Below the pieces are notes generated by a model. The model had not been told where the DNA came from. It made no database searches and saw only the letters and a list, made by a program, of their open reading frames with translations. From Candidatus Helarchaeota ASGARD archaeon Hel_GB_B (GTDB lineage Archaea > Asgardarchaeota > Lokiarchaeia > Helarchaeales > HEL-GB-B): a DNA stretch of 32,000 nucleotides. The stretch spans positions 21,502 through 53,501 of the forward strand of contig SUPR01000009.1 of assembly GCA_005191425.1 (NCBI GenBank), given 5' to 3'. Within the stretch, counting starts at the first letter, position 1. Every line of letters begins with the position of its first letter. The position numbers and the translations under genes were made by a program. Below are positions 26,783 through 32,000 of the stretch, piece by piece.

Positions 26783-26814
26783 TTACTATATTAATCCGCT
26801 TACTATATTAATCC
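26783..26814. repeat. Perfect 15-bp tandem direct repeat (17-bp period)
   Basis: TTACTATATTAATCC at 26783-26797 and 26800-26814. The second copy contains the wHTH stop codon. Confidence 0.9.
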
Positions 26815-27116
26815 CAATGTGTAAAAAATGTCTGTAATAATTTAATTTTATAATATTCAGTCATTAAGCGATAAATTTTAACTCTACCGAATTTTTTTTC
26901 TTCAATAACTTTATTATTAACAAAATATTTTAAATGAGTATTGACTTGAGTTGAGTTCATTTTAGTCATTTTTACGATTTGGGTAATGTTTAGCTCATTA
27001 TATTTTGCAAGTAAATATAAGATTTTTACTCTACCTTTTGAAGATAAAAGGTCAATGATTGAGACGACATTTTCATTAGAGGGGGAGGTACCATTTTGTA
27101 TTTGCATATATATCAC
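26808..27116 (-). CDS. Small winged-helix (ArsR-like) DNA-binding protein
   Basis: LLSSKGRVKILYLLAKYNELNITQIVKMTKMNSTQVNTHLKYFVNNKVIEEKKFGRVKIYRL. Likely start is ATG 27107 after GGTGA; only a few nt downstream of cdc6. Confidence 0.88.
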   Translation of the reverse strand: MIYMQIQNGTSPSNENVVSIIDLLSSKGRVKILYLLAKYNELNITQIVKMTKMNSTQVNTHLKYFVNNKVIEEKKFGRVKIYRLMTEYYKIKLLQTFFTHWD

Positions 27117-27120
27117 CTTT

Positions 27121-28353
27121 TTAAGATTGTTCCAATAGTTGTGTTAATTCTTCTTCGAGTAGTTCAAGTGGTGCATCATTAATACTAATTAAGGTAGATC
27201 GTCCGCGTTTATTTTTACCTGAGACTTTAGTTTTTATAATGCCAAAAGTCGTTTCTAAATCTTTAATATTATTCCAATTAGTGGTATGTTGAGTAGCTTT
27301 AAAGTTAAATTCTTCACAGATAATTGCATATTGGTCTTCTACATCACTAATTTCAACATAAACAGTTTCTTCTTTTTTGAGTTTTCGTACAATAGCAAGT
27401 AATAATATTTTCTGGTTATAGGTCAGGTCTCTAAGTATTTCGCGCTTGATCATTGGATGAATATTGGACTGAGCTATACGGACATGTTCGGGCGATATTT
27501 TTAAATTGCATTCTTTATTAGCCACGCCCCCAGCTACTCTAAGTAATTCAAGAGCATAACGGGCATCACCAAATTCTGCCGAAGTTTCTGCGATTTGTTC
27601 TAAAATTTCCTTCGAAACAGTACCACTGTAAAATGCTTCTTTACACCGTTCTGCTAAAATATCAAAAAGTTGTTCTGCAGTATATTTCTTCATGGTTATA
27701 CAAGGATTTTGGAGTGTGCTACGTGTGGACTTGTCCAAAAGGTGTAGAAACGATGTATTTCTTGCGATTATTATTAATGAGATATATTGATCAGAGTTAA
27801 ATTCCTCGTCCATTAACCTAGTCAAGTCATATAAGATTGGCGATTTATCGACCATATAATCTAACTCGTCCAGAGTAAGGACTATATATTTTTTCTCCTT
27901 GATTAAAATATCTTTTAGTATATCTAATAACTCTTCTGGAGAATATCCTCTACTAGGAATTGCAGAATAGAAAGATAAGATAATATTTTTTAATATTAAT
28001 GAATATGTCCTATTTCTTCTACAATTGACGTGGTGATAGTAAATATTTAGGTTACGCTTTTTTGCAACACTTTTTAGCATCTGTCCAAACGATTTTGCAA
28101 TTGCAGTTTTGCCAGTACCTACTGGTCCAGTAATAAGCACTTTTCGGTTAGCTTTCATTGGGTGCTCTATAATTACGCGAAATTCATTAATCAAATTTTT
28201 TAATTCATTTTCTCGATGAGGAAGTATTGATGGTATATAATTTATAGATAATTTAGACTCGTCCTTAAATATGGTCGGTTTTTCTAGTTCTTTTTCAAAT
28301 AAGTTGGTACTTTCTATATGGCTTGAAGTGGTCCTTTCATTCATTTTTTTCAC
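27121..28353 (-). CDS. cdc6: Orc1/Cdc6 replication initiator
   Basis: IFKDESKLSINYIPSILPHRE, Walker A GPVGTGKT, HVNCR, Walker B LTLDELD, GDARYALELLR, and a C-terminal winged helix (GKNKRGRST). Confidence 0.97.
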   Translation of the reverse strand: MKKMNERTTSSHIESTNLFEKELEKPTIFKDESKLSINYIPSILPHRENELKNLINEFRVIIEHPMKANRKVLITGPVGTGKTAIAKSFGQMLKSVAKKRNLNIYYHHVNCRRNRTYSLILKNIILSFYSAIPSRGYSPEELLDILKDILIKEKKYIVLTLDELDYMVDKSPILYDLTRLMDEEFNSDQYISLIIIARNTSFLHLLDKSTRSTLQNPCITMKKYTAEQLFDILAERCKEAFYSGTVSKEILEQIAETSAEFGDARYALELLRVAGGVANKECNLKISPEHVRIAQSNIHPMIKREILRDLTYNQKILLLAIVRKLKKEETVYVEISDVEDQYAIICEEFNFKATQHTTNWNNIKDLETTFGIIKTKVSGKNKRGRSTLISINDAPLELLEEELTQLLEQS

Positions 28354-28401
28354 ATTTTAAAGGGTTTTAAACACTTAATTTGTTATTTAAATTTTACTCA
28401 A

Positions 28402-28541
28402 CCCTATATATAACCAGAAATAGGGAGAATGATAAAAGTTAATTTCTTTTTTTTAAGTTTGTATTTAAACACCACGAAATAAAATGAACCGACAAAAAAA
28501 GATAGCAAAGGAGATTTGATGGTATTTCTGGAGTTAGAGGG
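28402..28541. promoter_or_regulatory. Inverted CCAGAAATA pair flanking an AT-rich stretch upstream of cdc6 (candidate ORB-like/origin or autoregulatory site)
   Basis: CCAGAAATA at 28414-28422 and its reverse complement TATTTCTGG at 28523-28531. Each has CCCT/AGGG 6-8 nt on the outer side, with an A/T-run-rich spacer between them. Confidence 0.35.
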
Positions 28542-28610
28542 CAATATATATTTCAAATAAAAATAGCAAATATTATTGTGATAATATATTTATTATTAAA
28601 GCATTAGATT

Positions 28611-29582
28611 TTATTCATTAATTTCAACATAAATTTTATATAATTGCTTAGCTGTAGAGATGATTTGTTCCTTATTTTTTAAATGATTGACTAAAGAGGA
28701 CGGTATTTTTTCTATTCCATTGAAGGTACCGCTTATTGCACCGCATATTGCACCTGTGGTATCAGTATCACCACCACCGCGTACTATTTCTTCGATACTT
28801 TTTTGATAATTGTTAGGAAATAAAATAAATGAATATAGAGAACATAAAACTGTAGGGATAGTGTATCCAGAAATCACGCCTTTACCTTTTATTTCAGGCG
28901 TGTTAAAAATATCGATAAAGGGATGTTCTACACCTTTAAGGCCTAAATCTTTAAGTGCGTCCTTTACAGGTATTTCAAGATAATTTTTAAGTTCCCTTAT
29001 ATATTTAGGAAATGTTCGATATTCAGGGTCATCAATAAAATTTGCTAAAGTATCTATAAAATCATATTCATCTATTTTAGGTTTATTAATTACATAAGCC
29101 ACCGCTCTTGCAACGACTATTGCTCCAGCAGTAGCAGCCCAATGATTATGGGTCAAGAGACTTGATTCTTTAGCATATTTTTTTAATAAATCTAAATCTT
29201 TTTCTTTATGATAAAATAAGCCTATAGGAGATACTCTCATTGCAGTCCCATTTCCACCGGAATTTGATGGACTTCTAATCCCTTTTGCTAAATTAAGTAT
29301 AGCTGATAAACAGCCATAACCTGGCCCTATAGGTGGCTCATTTAACCATTTAATAAAATTGTCTATTAAAATATTTATGTTAAATCCACGTCCTTCAATT
29401 AACGAATTGGCAATTGCTAATGTCAATTGAGTATCATCAGTATATCGTCCGCGGTATCTAGAACTTAGGTCGTATATTTTTTCTAGATCAGACCTTAAAG
29501 ATCCTTCGTATGGCTCTCCAAAAGCATCACCCACAGCACACCCTATAATACACCCTAAAAATTTGGACTCTAAATCGCTCAT
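28611..29582 (-). CDS. ADP-ribosylglycohydrolase (DraG/ARH family)
   Basis: GCAVGDAFG, YTDDTQLT, GNGTAMRVSPIG, THNH, GGDTDTTGAICGAISG. Confidence 0.93.
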   Translation of the reverse strand: MSDLESKFLGCIIGCAVGDAFGEPYEGSLRSDLEKIYDLSSRYRGRYTDDTQLTLAIANSLIEGRGFNINILIDNFIKWLNEPPIGPGYGCLSAILNLAKGIRSPSNSGGNGTAMRVSPIGLFYHKEKDLDLLKKYAKESSLLTHNHWAATAGAIVVARAVAYVINKPKIDEYDFIDTLANFIDDPEYRTFPKYIRELKNYLEIPVKDALKDLGLKGVEHPFIDIFNTPEIKGKGVISGYTIPTVLCSLYSFILFPNNYQKSIEEIVRGGGDTDTTGAICGAISGTFNGIEKIPSSLVNHLKNKEQIISTAKQLYKIYVEINE

Positions 29583-29701
29583 ATATTTAAATTTAAAATT
29601 CTATTTAATAAATCTATTTTTTTAAAAAGAGAAAAAGTATTCAATTATTAATAAAAAAAAGAATTGTTGAAAAACAAATTACGATAATTACAGAATTATT
29701 A

Positions 29702-31021
29702 TTATTTTAAATCATTAATTAACATTTCACAAGCATGGTCAGCCGATTTTATGCTTTCAATTACGGTACTTGGTCCAGTAAAACAATCACCAATAATGAA
29801 GATATTATCAATTTTTGCAAAATCATTTTCAATATGGATATTATTGTTTTTATTTATTCCAAATCTTTCAAATACCATATCAAGACTGGTTTTTTGGCCA
29901 ATAGCTTCAATTACTGTTTCAAATTCCATTTCATATTCAGATCCATCAATAGGTATTGGACGAGGTCTTCCAGATTTATCAGGTTCGCCTAATTTTAGTT
30001 TAATTAATTTAAGCTTTTCTACTCTATTGTTTTTTGTTAAAATTTCAATAGGAGTTGTTAGATAATTAATTTTTATATCTTCTTCAATAACTTTATTAAG
30101 TTCATGTTTACTGCCAGGCATTTCATTTTCGGAACGTCTATAAAGTATTGTAACATCAGCCCCTAATCTTTTAGAAACCCTTGCAGTATCAAAAGCTACA
30201 TTTCCGCCACCAATTACTGCTACTTTTTTTCTAATTTCGATTTTTTTATTAAGATTATAATCTTTAAGAAAATTTAATGCTTGGAGCACATCTGGAGAAT
30301 CTTCGCCCTTAATATTCATTTTTCTGGGTGTGTGAGCCCCTATTGCTATTATAATAGCTGAATACTCTCCTGAATTAATTAATTTTTGGAATGCTCTTTT
30401 GTCCACTTCATAATTATTTTTAAATTTAATCCCTAATTTTTTTAACCTATCAATTTCAGATCTTATTATTTTACGTGGTAATCTAAATTCGGGTATTCCT
30501 AAGACCAGCATCCCACCTAATTCGTTGTATTTTTCAAAAATAGTTACATTATATCCTGATTTAACTGTTGTAAAAGCAGCCTTTAACCCAGCAGGCCCTG
30601 AACCAATTATTGCAATAGATTTTCCATTTCGCTTTTCCAGTTTAAAAAAAGATTTCGGAACTCCAAAATTTGTAGACAATATTCTTTTAATTTTACTAAC
30701 CGGTAATCCTGCACCTTTCTTAGAGAGTACGCACGACTCTTCACATGTATGTGGACAAATTAAGCTCAATGTACTTGGAAATGGTGTAAGTTCAAAATAT
30801 AATTCAAGTGCTTTATTATATTTTTTTTCTTTAATTAGTTTGACAAATCTAGGAATATCAAATTTGTGTGGGCAACCTTCAATGCATTTTGGGATTTTAC
30901 ATTGAAGACATCTATTAGTCAGTTCTTCCAGTTCTTTTATAGCGACCTTTTTATTTTTTTTATTTTTTTCTTTATTCTCGTATTTTTTTAATTCTTCATT
31001 GTTTGACATTGGAACACTCAC
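29702..31021 (-). CDS. GltD/SudA/NfnA-like NAD(P)-dependent Fe-S flavoprotein
   Basis: RCLQCKIPKCIEGCP, ICPHTCEESC, IIGSGPAG, GGMLVLGIPEFRLP, VIGGGNVAFD, IIGDCFTGPSTV. Confidence 0.92.
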   Translation of the reverse strand: MSVPMSNNEELKKYENKEKNKKNKKVAIKELEELTNRCLQCKIPKCIEGCPHKFDIPRFVKLIKEKKYNKALELYFELTPFPSTLSLICPHTCEESCVLSKKGAGLPVSKIKRILSTNFGVPKSFFKLEKRNGKSIAIIGSGPAGLKAAFTTVKSGYNVTIFEKYNELGGMLVLGIPEFRLPRKIIRSEIDRLKKLGIKFKNNYEVDKRAFQKLINSGEYSAIIIAIGAHTPRKMNIKGEDSPDVLQALNFLKDYNLNKKIEIRKKVAVIGGGNVAFDTARVSKRLGADVTILYRRSENEMPGSKHELNKVIEEDIKINYLTTPIEILTKNNRVEKLKLIKLKLGEPDKSGRPRPIPIDGSEYEMEFETVIEAIGQKTSLDMVFERFGINKNNNIHIENDFAKIDNIFIIGDCFTGPSTVIESIKSADHACEMLINDLK

Positions 31022-31223
31022 AATTTCTATGTTTATTTGATTTTGAATGACTTTAAGAAATTCCTTATTAACAGTAATTATAAAAATTTTGAAATTGAGT
31101 TTAAAAGTATAGTTGTAAAGAAAATAATAATTTTTTTAATAAATTGTGCATTAAAAAAAAACAAAAATAAGAAAGATATGACTTATTAATAATAAAATTT
31201 ACTTTCATTAACTATCTAAATAC

Positions 31224-31769
31224 TTATTTTTTAATCAATTTTATTCTTAATTTAGATATCCCTTCTTTAATTTCCACTTCATAACCCATTGATTCAACTA
31301 CTTTTTCAATAAAAATTCTTAGAAATTTTTTAGGAAGATCTGAACCCAGAATTAAGGTAAAATTATTGCCCGATTCAATACTTAAAGAGAAGAAATTACA
31401 TGCCTCTAATCTTTTTAATAGCTCTAACGGTGATTTAAGTTGTCTTGGGAGGGTTTCTGCATGTGCAATAGCAATCTCTTCGTGTACTTTCCAGAATTCA
31501 TCTATATTTTCAACAAGTTTTAACATTATTAGCCAGTGATCAATGTCTAAAATTACATGTTCCCCATTGGGCAACATTTCTAAATATGTTATTAATTGAT
31601 CTGGACTAACTTGTTGAATAATCTCATAATAATCGTTGTAAAATTTAAGTGCTCTTCTAATTAACTCTGATTGTGAAATTTTAAACTTTTCTTTCATCTT
31701 ATTTAAAATTTCTAGCATATCTTCATCTATTGCAATCGTAATTCTTACTGGAACAGGCATTATCTCCAC
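31224..31769 (-). CDS. CopG/ribbon-helix-helix transcriptional regulator with C-terminal domain
   Basis: N-terminal VRITIAIDEDMLEILNKMKEKFKISQSELIRRAL is a typical RHH; about 140 aa of C-terminal domain follow. GTG start. Confidence 0.88.
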   Translation of the reverse strand: MEIMPVPVRITIAIDEDMLEILNKMKEKFKISQSELIRRALKFYNDYYEIIQQVSPDQLITYLEMLPNGEHVILDIDHWLIMLKLVENIDEFWKVHEEIAIAHAETLPRQLKSPLELLKRLEACNFFSLSIESGNNFTLILGSDLPKKFLRIFIEKVVESMGYEVEIKEGISKLRIKLIKK

Positions 31770-31813
31770 AAATTTGGTTTAAAAACTTAGATACAAAATA
31801 TTTAGGACATATG

Positions 31814-31872
31814 TTAAATCAAATATTAAATCAAATATTTAATATCAATTTGGAATAATTGAATATCAAATT
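31814..31872. repeat. Tandem TTAAATCAAATA x2 plus two degenerate ATCAA(A/T)T copies upstream of the RHH gene
   Basis: TTAAATCAAATA at 31814-31825 and 31826-31837; AATATCAATT at 31841-31850; AATATCAAATT at 31862-31872. Confidence 0.6.
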
Positions 31873-32000
31873 GTATTAAATATTTTTTTTTACATTTTGA
31901 GTTTTTACAAAAACCTTTTCCCAACAAAAATATATAAATGAAATTTGTTATAGTCCTTTTTATTATTAGTATCAATTTAAAAAGACTTTTTTGGTTTTAC

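Noticed and set aside
3158-30905. Short antisense or alternate-frame ORFs in the track (e.g. 3158, 3753, 4963, 6642, 7693, 8479, 9079, 9455, 10278, 11153, 11247, 12528, 19150, 21125, 24212, 24680, 25451, 25849, 29735, 29751, 30525)
   Set aside because: They lie within or opposite well-supported genes and have Ser/Phe/Leu/Ile-biased shadow composition with no motifs.
1-32000. CRISPR arrays, tRNA/rRNA genes, transposases, integrases and selenocysteine (in-frame TGA) genes
   Set aside because: No spaced repeat arrays, tRNA T-loop/cloverleaf, rRNA-like GC-rich tracts or recombinase motifs were seen. The Fe-S genes are full length with no internal TGA to explain.

Overview
Very AT-rich archaeal DNA, most likely from an Asgard archaeon (Lokiarchaeia/Helarchaeales-like). 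The lineage call is an inference from an archaeal type-A RNase P RNA, an Orc1/Cdc6, a Rag/Arf-like GTPase with a roadblock/longin-like tail, and 7TM proteins, one fused to a longin-like domain. Four blocks are visible. (1) 1-6.9 kb, signalling/modification: two divergent 7TM proteins, a tandem-GNAT protein resembling N-myristoyltransferase by eye, a Trm9-like methyltransferase, a GNAT coupled to a small GTPase, and a multi-zinc-ribbon protein. (2) 7.0-25.2 kb, anaerobic metabolism: two intact 2-hydroxyacyl-CoA dehydratase-family subunits plus a third paralog broken by three lesions, three HdrD/GlpC-type CCG Fe-S proteins, a ferredoxin-domain protein, a GPH-family MFS transporter, an atypical GlcD-family flavoprotein, a split B12-dependent acyl-CoA mutase with non-canonical active-site residues, and a CrtI-like oxidoreductase. 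(3) 26.2-28.6 kb, informational core: RNase P RNA, wHTH gene, cdc6/orc1 and a possible origin-like intergenic region. (4) 28.6-32 kb: ADP-ribosylglycohydrolase, GltD/SudA-like oxidoreductase and an RHH regulator with upstream repeats. The strongest leads are the mutase with an unrecognised specificity signature and the NMT-like tandem GNAT. All homology calls are by-eye motif recognition; no searches were run.
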